This document shows positions 10,704 to 21,409 of a DNA stretch of 64,000 nucleotides, in pieces. The notes under the pieces were generated by a model. That model saw nothing but the letters and a program-made list of their open reading frames with translations. It did no database searches and was not told the origin of the DNA. The DNA is from Candidatus Latescibacterota bacterium (GTDB lineage: Bacteria; Latescibacterota; UBA2968; SICM01). The stretch's first letter is position 1. Each line of letters begins with the position of its first letter. The translations under genes and the position numbers were made by a program. The stretch is from NCBI GenBank assembly GCA_965217865.1, contig CBDCJO010000002.1:3232001-3296000 (forward strand), given 5' to 3'.

Positions 10704-10779
10704 CGCCGCTTGCGGCTCGTGCCTGCGGCACTCGACAAAACCCACTCCGTGGGTTCGCAAGCGGCAAACGTTATACGAC

Positions 10780-11531
10780 ATGAAAGAACAGAGATACAAG
10801 GGTGTTTTCTTTGACCTCTATGGAACGCTTCTCGTCTATGGCGACATGGAAAGAGCCTGGGAGGAGTGGTTGGACTCTATACTCGCTTCCATGCGCAAGA
10901 ATGGCGCGGAGATTGAAAGAGATTCTCTGAGAGAGATCTGCAGTGGTTTTTTCAACAAACCAGAACCTCCGCGTGAGAGCAACCACACAATCTATGAGCG
11001 ACGCATTGGCGCTCTCGGTGAGCAGCTTGGGATTACTCTGGAGGGGTCTGAAAAGACTGCGATTTCGGATCATAGTGTGCACTCTTGGACAAAGTACACC
11101 ACCGTCGACCCCGAGGCGACGCGGCTACTTGGCGAAGTTCATGGCTCGATGCGTACCGCACTGATATCCAATTTCATCATCCGTCTCACGTGCGATCTCG
11201 ACTTCAGGAATCGGGGTTCGAGCGGTATTTCGACGTTGTGGTGATATCAGGTGAGGTTGGGATCAAGAAGCCCAGTCCGGAAATCTTCTCAATTGCGATT
11301 GCGGAGACCGGATTGCAGCCGAGTGAGGTCGCGTTCGTCGGTGATTCGATCGACGACGACATGATGGGGGCAGCCGCAGCTGGTCTCACGCCGATCCTGA
11401 TCGACAGGCACGATGGTAAGCGGAGGGTTGCGTCCGACTACGGTGCGGATCATGACTCGAAACCTCGTGGGCCAGACCCCATGATGGTAATTGCGTCACT
11501 GGGAGGCCTACGAGAGATTTTGTTCGATTAG
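10780..11531 (+). pseudogene. HAD hydrolase cassette, frameshifted near 11177
   Basis: FDLYGTL in one frame, KPSPEIF and VGDS in the other; one added G restores SNFDHP. Confidence 0.85.
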
Positions 11532-11540
11532 CTTCACGTC

Positions 11541-11660
11541 GTATAACACGCCCGTGCCCGGCTTCGGGCGTTCGCCCTCCGCGCAACCTGCTTCCACCTT
11601 CGCGGCTAACGCCGCTTCGGTGGACAAGTCGCAGGTTCGTGGTTGCCGAGAACGTTACCC
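11541..11660 (+). other. attC site 3
   Basis: GTATAAC...GTTACCC; GTCGTATAAC is complementary to cassette start GTTATACGAC. Confidence 0.88.
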
Positions 11661-11751
11661 GCAATGCAGATTTTGAGACTATTGGGAAACAAATGGGGGC
11701 AAAATACAGCCTTCCAACCACCCACTCCGTATTTATCATAGCAGTTGTCCC

Positions 11752-12282
11752 GTGATTATGCATAAACAGAAACTTAACTACGGAATTCGTCTCGCTGACA
11801 CAGCTGACCTGCCGTTCCTGCAAGAGATGCTTTATGAAGCAGCTTACTGGAGAACGGATCGAGAGCGTCCTCCAATTCATAAAGGATTAGCACGTCCAGA
11901 CATTCAAAAAGTTCTTCACAATTGGGGTCGCCCTGGAGATACAGCAGTAATTGCCGTCGATGGAAACGATATGCCGTTGGGTGCTGCTTGGTACCGGTTT
12001 TGGACGTCAGAGTATCATTCCTTTGGTTTTGTGGATGAATCGACCCCCGAGGTTGGAATTGGCGTGCGAGTAGAGAAAAGAAGGCAAGGAGTGGGAACGG
12101 CCCTTTTACAAGCTCTGCTCAAGCAGGCTGCTAAACAAAGGATACAACGTGTAAGTCTCAGTGTCGACCCGGATAATTACGCCCGTAAAATTTATGAGAA
12201 GATTGGCTTTAAGAAAGTAGATGTCCCTGACAATTCTTGGACGATGGTGGTGGATCTGGCGTCAGAAAAGAAAAAGACATAG
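11752..12282 (+). CDS. GNAT acetyltransferase cassette
   Basis: RRQGVGTALL motif, YEKIGF; bounded by attC sites. Confidence 0.9.
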   Translation: MIMHKQKLNYGIRLADTADLPFLQEMLYEAAYWRTDRERPPIHKGLARPDIQKVLHNWGRPGDTAVIAVDGNDMPLGAAWYRFWTSEYHSFGFVDESTPEVGIGVRVEKRRQGVGTALLQALLKQAAKQRIQRVSLSVDPDNYARKIYEKIGFKKVDVPDNSWTMVVDLASEKKKT

Positions 12283-12331
12283 AGGCCTGTCTGCCCATTT
12301 ATGGTTTTCCTGTTGTCAAAATCTGCCAAGC

Positions 12332-12412
12332 GGGTAGCATGTGGCTCACGGCTCCGCTGCGTTGCAGCTTCGGAGGATAAGACGCGGGTTCGTGAGCCAC
12401 TGAAGGTTATGA
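12332..12412 (+). other. attC site 4, degenerate shortened copy of attC5
   Basis: R'' mutated to GGGTAGC; 32 bp missing between CCGCTGCG repeats; R' GTTATGA. Confidence 0.85.
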
Positions 12413-12443
12413 GAAATGCGATTAAAAGCAGGAGATTGATCAT

Positions 12444-13181
12444 TTGACCACTTGGCCAGCAGAGATGCCTACCGTCGAATGCAAGGTCCTTGGTGAGACG
12501 TTCAGCATCGAGTGTGTGGAGATGTATGGCGGGTGTCTTCCCGAGGTTGGTCATACATCCACTCGGGCTACATACACATACCCCCACGCGAAACAGGTCT
12601 CACTGAGTCGCTGTGAGGTGATTTGTGAGCTTAAGCATAGCGACATGGCAGTCTATGAGATTGCTGAGTCATCACCAGGTTCACAGGACCTTCCAGATCT
12701 GTGGTATGAAGGACAATCAAACGAAGGTGTCTTCGGTCTGTTTCTGTTCAAACGCAGCAAGCACGAGATTGGCTATTTCGAGCAGTATTCGGGGCAAGGG
12801 GAGCCTGATACGCCACTAATGCTTACGCCTGGGTTTCACCGTGAATACGAATGGACTGAGAACGTGCAGGGTGTAAAGGAACCATGGCTTGTGGTCAATG
12901 ACATTTCCGGTGCAGTTAGGCTGCGACTGGGTGAGAAGGAGTTTAAATGCTTGGTCTTTGAAGAAATGATTCTCACTACACAACGACAGCCGGTCCACTT
13001 CAATGTCTCATACCTGAACACTAGTGGTAGGCGTGTCCTCATTCGTCGATGGGAGGGAGCCAAAGGAGCCAAACAGGGACTCCTTCAGGGATGTGATACC
13101 AAGACTTTCAAGGGATATACCTGGCGGCAGCATTACGACGTTGTCGGCGACGTGTTCCTGAATGGTGACGACACGGGCTGA
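12444..13181 (+). CDS. Hypothetical protein cassette
   Basis: 245 aa ORF filling the attC4-attC5 interval with GGAG RBS; no motif recognised. Confidence 0.75.
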   Translation: MTTWPAEMPTVECKVLGETFSIECVEMYGGCLPEVGHTSTRATYTYPHAKQVSLSRCEVICELKHSDMAVYEIAESSPGSQDLPDLWYEGQSNEGVFGLFLFKRSKHEIGYFEQYSGQGEPDTPLMLTPGFHREYEWTENVQGVKEPWLVVNDISGAVRLRLGEKEFKCLVFEEMILTTQRQPVHFNVSYLNTSGRRVLIRRWEGAKGAKQGLLQGCDTKTFKGYTWRQHYDVVGDVFLNGDDTG

Positions 13182-13210
13182 GTCATAGGCAGAGCGAGAC
13201 GTCGCACTTC

Positions 13211-13323
13211 TCATAACATGTGGCTCACGGCTCCGCTGCGCTCCGCACCAACCCGCTTCCTCCCCCGCTGCGTTGCAGCTTCGGAGGATAAGACGCGGGT
13301 TCGTGAGCCACTGAACGTTATGT
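13211..13323 (+). other. attC site 5
   Basis: TCATAAC, GTGGCTCACG/CGTGAGCCAC stem, GTTATGT. Confidence 0.9.
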
Positions 13324-13403
13324 GTAATGCCAGCCCTGGTGAAGCATACATCGAACTATGAAAGATGATCCAGTCTCAGTGTGAATTGATCCGGAGGAGG
13401 TAG

Positions 13404-14423
13404 GTGGAACTCGACGAAGATCGTTTGAGGGCTATTCTTAGCGACACGCATTCATTCTATGGGTCAAAGCCTGCACAGTACCGAACCGATGAATGGGTTA
13501 GTCCGAATGCACGTGACCTGATAGTCGCCCAGTTTCGATCAGATTCGCGGGTTCTTGACATTGGGTGTGGAAATGGGGTCACACTTCTTGAGAACTGGGG
13601 AGCCTTTCGAACGGGCGTTGGGCTAGACAACGACGTTGTCGCAGGCAGAAAATTATCCAGAGACTTCGGGATGGATTCGAGAAGTAGTATTGTTCTAAAC
13701 GAAACGGCGATAAAAAGGTTGGGGTTTGAGTCACCGGCTGATGCTATCAATGAACCGTTTGAAGGATTTTATGATTCCGGATATGATGAGTTTAAGGGAG
13801 GGAAGATCGTGGGTGTGGTGAAAGATTTTCATTTCAAATCGATGCACTCCAGGATTGAACCTCTCGTTATCCACATCTGGCCCTGGCTTAATTACCTTCT
13901 GGTGAGAATTAACCCTGAAGAGATCTCAGGGACATTGGCCTTTCTGGAACGCAAATATGAAGAGCTCGATTCAAACCATCCATTCGAATTCTCCTTCCTG
14001 GACAATCGTTTTGACAAAATGTATCGGTCTGAAGAAAACCTCACGCATATCTTCGGTTCGTTTTCTATGCTGGCCATTCTCATAGCATCTCTCGGCTTGC
14101 TTGGTCTGGCGTCTTTGACCCTTGGCCAGCGGACCAAGGAAATTGGTATTAGAAAAGTCCTTGGAGCTTCAATTGCTAACATCGCCTTCCTGATTTCAAA
14201 GGATTTCTTAAAGCTGGTGCTCATTGCCAACTGTTTCGCGTGGCCGGTTGCATATTATGCAACGACTCATTGGCTGAGGAATTTTGCATATCGGATCGAT
14301 ATTGGACCGGCGGTTTTTGTGTTGGGCGGTATTATGGCATTCGTAGTCGCTCTAATATCGATCAGTGTTCAGACTCAAAGGGCAGCGTTCACCAATCCTG
14401 TAAATGCGCTGCGTTATGAATGA
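13404..14423 (+). pseudogene. Chimeric ORF: methyltransferase N-terminus fused in frame to MacB/FtsX-type ABC permease C-terminus
   Basis: VLDIGCGNG, junction ~13636, then RTKEIGIRKVLGAS and NPVNALRYE. Confidence 0.85.
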
Positions 14424-14424
14424 A

Positions 14425-14812
14425 CGTGGTGGTCTGAGAAGGATGAAGTGAAACAGTATGAGCGCCGGATTGCTGAGTTGGAGCGTATGCTGGGCCAGAA
14501 GGAGGTTGAACTGGCTCTGGCGAAAAATTGTTTGGACGGTCGCTGACGGTGGATGAGAAGGTGGATCTGGTAAAGAAAAATCGCTGTCGATTTGGTCTGA
14601 ACAGGTGCTTGATAGCTCTGGGGCTGTCGAAAGGCACCTGGCACCACCGCCAACGCCGAAGGGATGCCACAGGCAAGGATATGGCACTGAGGCGGCGGAT
14701 CACATCAATCATCAAGAGGAATCCTGGTTACGGACATCGACCGATCCTGGCCGAGTTAAACGAAGGAGGTAAAAACCGGGTTAACCACAAGCGTTTGCTG
14801 CGCGTTCTGGCT
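14425..14812 (+). mobile_element. IS3-family fragment
   Basis: orfA end (IAELERMLGQKEVE) and orfB start (PGYGHR, VNHKRL). Confidence 0.7.
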
Positions 14813-14907
14813 GACACGGCCACTTCTGCAACCCCTGACCGTTAAATGCAATCGTGGTCCCAGATACGATATGACAAAACTCTGGCGAAGTACGATTCGA
14901 ATAAAAA

Positions 14908-15390
14908 ATGAGACACCTTCCAGCCATAGCATACCTGATCAAGCACAAGTTCCGGGTGTTCGTTCACTCGGTATTGATGGGTGTCCCTTTGCGGGGGATC
15001 CTGCATGACTACAGCAAGATTTCCCCCACAGAGCACTTTGGGATTGGCCGTCACTTCTATCCCAGCAACCCATCTGAGAAAGAGCGCCACAGGGATCTAT
15101 TCAAGAAAGCGAAAGCCCACCACATTGCAGGGAATGATCACGAACTGCCCTATTGGTATAGAGAAGACGGTAGTTGCAGTGAGATTCCTGAATCAGCTAG
15201 AAGGGAGACAGTCTGTGACTGGGCCGCATTCCAGGGTCTTGCCTTCTCTCTGAAAGGAGTTAGAGAGAAGGCGAGGATGTCCTATACCCATTGGGCGAAG
15301 AACTACAGGATGCACCCCAGCACTAGACAGTGGTTTGAGCACTTCCTGGAGCTTCAGGGGAAAAAGGAAGGGGACCACGACAGCATTTAA
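14908..15390 (+). CDS. DUF5662-like (HD-related) protein cassette
   Basis: LHDYSK, HH...NDH, E..CDW; starts after GTTAAAT (14841), ends at ATTTAAC (15385). Confidence 0.7.
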   Translation: MRHLPAIAYLIKHKFRVFVHSVLMGVPLRGILHDYSKISPTEHFGIGRHFYPSNPSEKERHRDLFKKAKAHHIAGNDHELPYWYREDGSCSEIPESARRETVCDWAAFQGLAFSLKGVREKARMSYTHWAKNYRMHPSTRQWFEHFLELQGKKEGDHDSI

Positions 15391-15417
15391 CACAGCACTC
15401 CCGAGCTTCGGCCCTAG
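15385..15417 (+). other. attC site 6, truncated by IS insertion
   Basis: ATTTAAC overlapping the stop codon, IS end at 15418 after CTAG. Confidence 0.7.
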
Positions 15418-15892
15418 CAGCCTGTTGAAAAAGTGCGTTTATGCCAAGATGACTGTTGTCTTTCCTTGTGGTTTGGTCCTATGATATATCAGGTTCAAAC
15501 TGAGAAGGGAGGACGAGCAAATGGCAATGGGAAAACGAGGACGACAGAGACAGGAAAACCTGTTCATCGCATCGAACACTTTGGTGAAATCTCCGGGTCA
15601 TCCGTTCTACGAGAAGCTGAATCAGGTATTGGGGGCGAACGGCTTCGACGAGTTCGTCGAGGGGCTTTGCCAGCGGTATTACGCTCCTCATATGGGTCGC
15701 AAGGGCATTCCGCCCGGGGTTTATTTTCGGATGCTTTTGATTGGGTATTTCGAGGGACTTGATTCGGAACGTGGGATCGAATGGCGTGTATCTGACTCGC
15801 TGACGTTGCGCCGGTTTTTGGGGTATGCCCTTGACGAACAGACCCCGGATCATTCCAGCCTGTCTCGCATCCGGCATCGGCTTCCCTTGGAA
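15418..15892 (+). mobile_element. IS1182/IS5-like element, 5' fragment
   Basis: Matches the 5' end of the full copies; IR CAGCCTGTTGAAAAAGT. Confidence 0.9.
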
Positions 15893-16945
15893 TTAACTGA
15901 GTTTGCGGACGTGTTTTAGCCGGGGTGGACGGACTTGTCCCTGTGATGTTACGACGACAGGTGCTGACATGGCAGTCAGGCCGGTTTGAGCCATCTGATT
16001 CTGTTCCAGGCCGGGAAGAAGTCAGTCATCCACCGGTTGTAGCCCAAGACACGATAGATGATCTGTCTTCCCCGGGTCACGATCTGGCAAGGGATCCAGA
16101 TCAGATTCTGGAGGAAGGCGCGAAACTCCATTCTCAGAAGTTGATCGCGACGCTCACGCTTTCGGATCATCAACGCGAACCAGGCTTTGAGGTTCCACGC
16201 CAGGGCGGTCATGACCATGTAAGCCCAGTTGCTCATCAGGTTGTCGACGGGCATCCGCATGGCGTTGACCCCGTTCTTGAGTTGTTCAATCACGTTTTCC
16301 TGATCGCACCGTCGATTGGCCAGCCTCACGATTTCCGCGGCCGCAAGATCTTTTCGGGTGGTAATGTAGAAGAAATAGCGCTTGTCATCGAACAGGGCGT
16401 TTTCGCCGCGTTCGACGCTCAGGTTCTTTTCGAGGATCACGAGTCGACAGGTCTTCTTGCATCGAGCAGGACGATACGAAACCCCGGCAACACGTTCACT
16501 GGCAAGCCGGATGTTTTTGAAGCCGCGCTCCCGGATGATCCGGGCTTTCACGTTCTCGCGTTTCTGTCTCTGGGAGGTCTTGACCTGGTATTTGGGTTGT
16601 CGTTCAAAGGGCTCCCAATCGCTCTGTGACAGGGATTTGGCGATCTTGACCAATCCCCGGTAAGCATCCATGCCGAAGACGAAGTCGACCTTTTCCGACC
16701 AACGATCGAAGTGCCGGGTGAGTGAGAAGCCGGTGTCTCCGCGCAGGCAGATGCGTTTGGCGAAAGGGGCGACCAGCGCGATGGCGCGATCGATCCACTT
16801 TACGGCACCGTCGTGGCTGGGCACATGGCCGGGTCGATTCACAAGAAACAACACCTCCCTGGTGTTCGCCAGAGAGACCACGAGAGGATGGTATCCCCAG
16901 ATACCGTTGTATGACAGGGCCATGCCCTGCTTGCGTCGCAACCGA
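15893..16945 (-). mobile_element. IS1380-family transposase, C-terminal half
   Basis: SYNGIWGYHPL, LRGD, RCDQENVIEQLK motifs. Confidence 0.85.
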
Positions 16946-17469
16946 TTGGGTGTCTGTGTAAGATCGCTTAGCTCGATCAAACGCTTCGAACGGAAGTTCG
17001 GCACGGGCTATTGCCGCCACGTCATCTAGGGACGCAACTGAAATAGCTTCACAAATCCGCACGACTGCCTCAGTATGCATATGGGAATTATAAACTTGCC
17101 GGTCAGAAGATTTAGTCCTCTTACCGCTGACCTGCCTGAATTCTTCGGACTTTTTCATGGAGAATGGCTCCTTCAGGTACCTCTGTTGATCGGCTGATGA
17201 ACTCCTTCGGAGTCAGATTTCCCCAGACTTGAATGGGGCCGAACCTCGTTGTAGCACCGACGCCTCTTCTTCATCTCATCTCCCTCCGTCCGCCCGCCTG
17301 ATCTTTGCGCTGATTCCGTCGAAGTTGGTCAAGAACTGGACCCCTCAGCTTCGTTGCCCGTCAAATGCCCACTGTGCATCCTTAGTGGCTCGGACCTTGA
17401 CTGGATCATTCCGCTTTCCCGTCCCAGGGTTGTTCATGTGCCCCCCACATCTACCCGTAATTCCCCCGA

Positions 17470-17730
17470 CACTAGCTTGGGCAGGAGCGCGTCGCGCAGG
17501 GCGGTGAGGGCGCGGGATTCTGCAATGTTTGACCTCCCATGGGCCGAGCGCATGAATCGAACGCTTCAACGATGTTAGGGTTTGGCTCAATCACCCGCAA
17601 GGTTTCAAACTGGCTCTTGTTGACAGCACCGAACACTGTCCCTGTATGCTCGTATTCTTGGAGTACCGACTGAATCGTCCAAGTGGAATAGTAGCTGAAT
17701 GACATCGTATCTGATTTGTGCCTCAGCGCC
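17470..17730 (-). pseudogene. Type I RM specificity subunit fragment
   Basis: GTVFGAVNKSQFETL...P, HsdS-like C-terminal pattern. Confidence 0.65.
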
Positions 17731-17822
17731 CCTAATCAGCTACGGGACTGACAGGGACTTTCCCCTCTCTCAATATCTCTTCCGAGTAACCAATCCCCGG
17801 GGGCATTTTCTCGTCCTCATAT

Positions 17823-18278
17823 TCAGGTGAATATGTCAGTAAGCTCACTTAGTGAATGGATGATGAAATTCGGTTGGCCTGTTTTCTCATCTGGCATTAC
17901 ATTGGCGAATTTGCCATTTTGATACCAAACTGTCGTTGCCCCCGCTTGATTTCCCCATGCGATCCCTCTGATAACATAGTCATCCACAACAGCAACTTCA
18001 TGGGCTTTGAGATTAAATTCCTGAAGAAAATTATTGTATTCTTGCGATTTCTTATCAACATCGTTGGTAAATCGAATGACGTCGAAACATCTTAGGATTC
18101 CATTTATTTTCAACACATCAATCCGCTCGGCCTCATTCTCTTTGGTTGAATAAGATACAATGCTAAGCTTATATTTCCTTGAAAGCTGCTTAACTACAAA
18201 CACCGCATCGGGAAATAATTGATCTGTTTCTCTGTCATACAAAGTCCGGCCATAATCAAAGATGATCATTCTAATCAT
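17823..18278 (-). CDS. HAD-family hydrolase (cassette-like)
   Basis: IIFDYGRTL, VVDD; follows attC on minus strand. Confidence 0.8.
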   Translation of the reverse strand: MIRMIIFDYGRTLYDRETDQLFPDAVFVVKQLSRKYKLSIVSYSTKENEAERIDVLKINGILRCFDVIRFTNDVDKKSQEYNNFLQEFNLKAHEVAVVDDYVIRGIAWGNQAGATTVWYQNGKFANVMPDEKTGQPNFIIHSLSELTDIFT

Positions 18279-18318
18279 ACAATAATCTAAAGAACCTTCG
18301 TGTTTGCTTGCCCATTAC

Positions 18319-18430
18319 GTATAACGTTTATGCATTGCAGAAGTGGCCGTGCTTACAAGCTGAAATATAGTGGGTGGCCTCAGTTGAAACAACAGACGTT
18401 TGCACGGCCATTTGGGAAGGGTGGTTGATG
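18319..18430 (-). other. attC site, inverted relative to the first block
   Basis: AAACGTTATAC on minus strand; shares CACGGCCACTTCTGCA with attC remnant at 14815-14830. Confidence 0.7.
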
Positions 18431-18470
18431 TGATGAGGGACTGCTTGGGGTGGTTTTCCTTCTTACCGAA

Positions 18471-18836
18471 TCAACCAAGGAACTCAGACAAAACGGGCTC
18501 TATCTGATTTGGCTCTATTATTTTATGAAATGCATGGTACATCATAACATCATCTGGGCAAGCATTGAAGTCTATTCCTACAGTGAGCTTCCCCCACGCA
18601 TAGGCCATACCAGTTTCAGCCGTCAAATCCCTTCCATAATCCTTCAAAACGGCCACGAAAATATCCGATCTCTTGATTAGCTCAACGTTCCTATGGAAAA
18701 TGTCATCCAAGGCCATATCTTGAGGAGTATCGATAGCTGCACAGAGGACTTTGAAACCTAGTCTCTCGATTCTGCTTATCAGTTCCCGATTCAGATCACC
18801 TAATTTGAGAGGTGAGCACAGATATACTGTTTTCAT
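18471..18836 (-). CDS. Nucleoside 2-deoxyribosyltransferase-like protein
   Basis: VYLCSP, IKRSDIFVA, AETGMAYAWGK. Confidence 0.75.
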   Translation of the reverse strand: MKTVYLCSPLKLGDLNRELISRIERLGFKVLCAAIDTPQDMALDDIFHRNVELIKRSDIFVAVLKDYGRDLTAETGMAYAWGKLTVGIDFNACPDDVMMYHAFHKIIEPNQIEPVLSEFLG

Positions 18837-18965
18837 AACATGATTCTCGGCTATTTGGTCATCTGCGGATACGCCTATGCGAGAAGCGCGGTTTTATGCG
18901 ACGACGAAGCCCGTTAAATAGAGTCCGTCGAGTACTCTTTTGTTTCGTTGTCTAATGACAAACCC

Positions 18966-19586
18966 TCATCCCTGCAAAAAGGAATGGACCATCCTTGTTG
19001 CCTCTATCCAGTTGGGGCAGCGGACTACTATATCCGTTCTAAACGGATCTTTTAGATTCCACGGACGGTCCAACAAAAGCACCGGGATCTTCAACTGCTC
19101 GGATAGAAATTGTGCTACCTCAGCTGAATCCTCGACGGCGAACGAGAAGCCAAATCTGTCCAACTCGTTTAATGCGACCGTTGTGGCCCCCGACGGAGGT
19201 GCGGAAGAGGAGAAACGACCATATTTGTCTACAAAGAGCAGTTCTTGAAAGGGCATTTTCTGGTCGGTGAGCCATTGTTCAGTTACCCTATTTGTAGTTG
19301 GAGGACGACCAGTAACCACGAAAATCTCGTATCCAAGGTCAACCCATTCACGTAGACAAGTCATGGCCCCTGGGCGTGGGGGAATCTCCAGGAGTATCTC
19401 GGGGTCATGAATCTTCCTCATTAGCTTACGAATTTCACCGGCAGATAAGCCAAATGATACACCTAAATCAAATGAATGGATGTGCTCGAAGCAGATGGTT
19501 TTGGAAAACATATTCTGCGCGATCTCCATCACCCTCTGAGCTGTTTCGCAGAGGACATCATCTAGATCGACATATATTCGTTTCAT
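18966..19586 (-). CDS. 5'(3')-nucleotidase-like HAD protein
   Basis: IYVDLDDVL, VTGRP, VEDS, DRPWN; ATG at 19586. Confidence 0.8.
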   Translation of the reverse strand: MKRIYVDLDDVLCETAQRVMEIAQNMFSKTICFEHIHSFDLGVSFGLSAGEIRKLMRKIHDPEILLEIPPRPGAMTCLREWVDLGYEIFVVTGRPPTTNRVTEQWLTDQKMPFQELLFVDKYGRFSSSAPPSGATTVALNELDRFGFSFAVEDSAEVAQFLSEQLKIPVLLLDRPWNLKDPFRTDIVVRCPNWIEATRMVHSFLQG

Positions 19587-19649
19587 GAGCATTATCACGC
19601 TGATTCTCGCGGGAGCTCCGAAGATGTCTCGCTGGCTGCGCCACAACGT

Positions 19650-19883
19650 CGGCAGAGACGGCGTCTCGGCAGGCCGCGTCTGCATGACTTGCGGCATACC
19701 GCCGCCAGTCACGCCGTCATGTCCGGCGAAAACCTTCCGCTCGTGGGAAAATTGCTCGGGCATCGGCGGCACCAGACCACGGCGGGCTATGCCCACCTAG
19801 CGGATGCGCACCTTATCGAAGCGGCGGAAAGGGTCGGAAACGTGATTGCAGAGGCGATGGCCTGTACAAAGGAGGCGATGTAG
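19650..19883 (+). pseudogene. Tyrosine integrase C-terminal fragment
   Basis: HDLRH, LLGH, TTAGYAH. Confidence 0.85.
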
Positions 19884-19909
19884 TTACAGTTACAATATTG
19901 GCGTGAGGA

Positions 19910-20989
19910 CTACGCATCCGAAGCGCGTGTAACCCTAAACATCCGGTACATCATGCTCCGCAGATCGTCGTCCCAATCAATTTCGGCGGCTTTCAACGCC
20001 ACAATGAAGTCCACTTGTTCCTTGCTATGCGGCGGGCGGCGTAATATCTCGCGTAGGGTCTCCGGATCAAAAAATCTATGAAGATAATCGTAAGGATTCT
20101 TTCCGCTTGCTATCTGCCCAACCCTTATCTTCGCCCACTGCCTTCTTCCCTGTCGCTTGTGGCTGTCCTCGATATCGAAAAAATCTTTCTCTGAAGGAGT
20201 TACATTCCTAGCGAACACATTGTTAATTTCGCGAATAAGGTCATTTAACAATCTGAAATGCATGCGAATTATGCCGGATAGCTGCACCTTTTCGCCGTGA
20301 AGGGTCAAGACAAAGTTTCGAGACCTGTCATTCCATTTTCCAGACTGTATCAAATTATCAATATAATACATCATGGAGCCCGTGCTATCTTGTTGTTCAA
20401 AACCATAAGAAATTTCCCACTGTGGAATAATTACTCGTCCATGCAAAAGATTATTTCTAAGCTCTCGCAGAAATTCTGAAATATCTCTATCGAATAAACC
20501 ATCCTTTAGTTCAGATATATCATCGGCAATATCGACTCGCAACTTTTGACTTTCTTCAAGTGTATCCCTGATCCCAAATGCTAGAGCGCAATAGGCAACT
20601 GCGTCCTTTTGCGCAGCGTGTCCGACCGTGTGATCTACTTCATCCTCAAAATTTTCTGAACGTGCCAGTTCTCCGAGGGCTGCATCGTGGCGACAGATAT
20701 CCATAGATGCTTGATGGGAAGCATGAACAAGAGATGCCATACCTTGACGCAATATCCATTCCTTCCAGAATATATGATGGCGCAAAACTTGTTGTCTTGT
20801 TTCTCCAACAAGAGAATTTATTGTCTTTCGAATGGCATCAGGAGTAGGAAGTTGGTGTCTTTTTAGGCAAGATATACACCGATCTACTTCATATTGTTGT
20901 TGTCTGTTTTGAAGTTCGACCATTTTTTGAAAGGATGATAGCGGTTCATTCGTCTCATTATTTCCATACATTACCGGAGCCCTTTGCAA
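19910..20989 (-). CDS. Hypothetical protein with HEPN-like RxxxxH motif
   Basis: ELRNNLLHG; AT-rich uninterrupted ORF; start uncertain. Confidence 0.6.
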   Translation of the reverse strand: MQRAPVMYGNNETNEPLSSFQKMVELQNRQQQYEVDRCISCLKRHQLPTPDAIRKTINSLVGETRQQVLRHHIFWKEWILRQGMASLVHASHQASMDICRHDAALGELARSENFEDEVDHTVGHAAQKDAVAYCALAFGIRDTLEESQKLRVDIADDISELKDGLFDRDISEFLRELRNNLLHGRVIIPQWEISYGFEQQDSTGSMMYYIDNLIQSGKWNDRSRNFVLTLHGEKVQLSGIIRMHFRLLNDLIREINNVFARNVTPSEKDFFDIEDSHKRQGRRQWAKIRVGQIASGKNPYDYLHRFFDPETLREILRRPPHSKEQVDFIVALKAAEIDWDDDLRSMMYRMFRVTRASDA

Positions 20990-21229
20990 ATTCTCGACAG
21001 AAAGGGTATTGACTACCCGTCAGTATTCCGCAGATACGCCGCGCCATGTTCGTGAAGTGCTGTATCTCGTCGGCGCGTAGCGGACGGTCAAGGATGTCGC
21101 GCTCCCGGTAGGATAGCCATTTCTTGAGGACCTGGTAGCCGCATTTGGGCCGGGATTATCGCATGTCGCGGACTCGACCCTGGTGAACGAGGACGTTGGC
21201 CCAACTGCAACCGCTCCCGCATCGATCCG

Positions 21230-21400
21230 GCCTGACGTGTCGGTTGGTAACACCCGAATTCCCTCCGGCGCGATGCCCACGATGCGTGCGGCCCTGATCT
21301 GTGCGCTGTGACTCTGATCGCTCATGTAAACGACCGGGCGAACCGGATTGTCGGCCGCCTCGCGTGCTGCGCTGCCCGGCGGGCGGAGCCTCGACGCCTT
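21230..21400 (-). pseudogene. PLP-dependent decarboxylase-like fragment
   Basis: YMSDQSHSAQIRAARIVGI. Confidence 0.55.
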
Positions 21401-21409
21401 CCTGCTCCC

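Larger units (their letters stand above)
9064..10776 (+). other. attC site 2, split by IS1111-type element (9064-9071 + 10704-10776)
   Basis: Restored GCCTAAC ACGCCGCTTGCG...CGCAAGCGGC AAAC GTTATAC. Confidence 0.9.

Noticed and set aside
18966-19796. Extended 276 aa start for the nucleotidase
   Set aside because: Extension is antisense to the integrase fragment; HAD motif I begins right after ATG 19586
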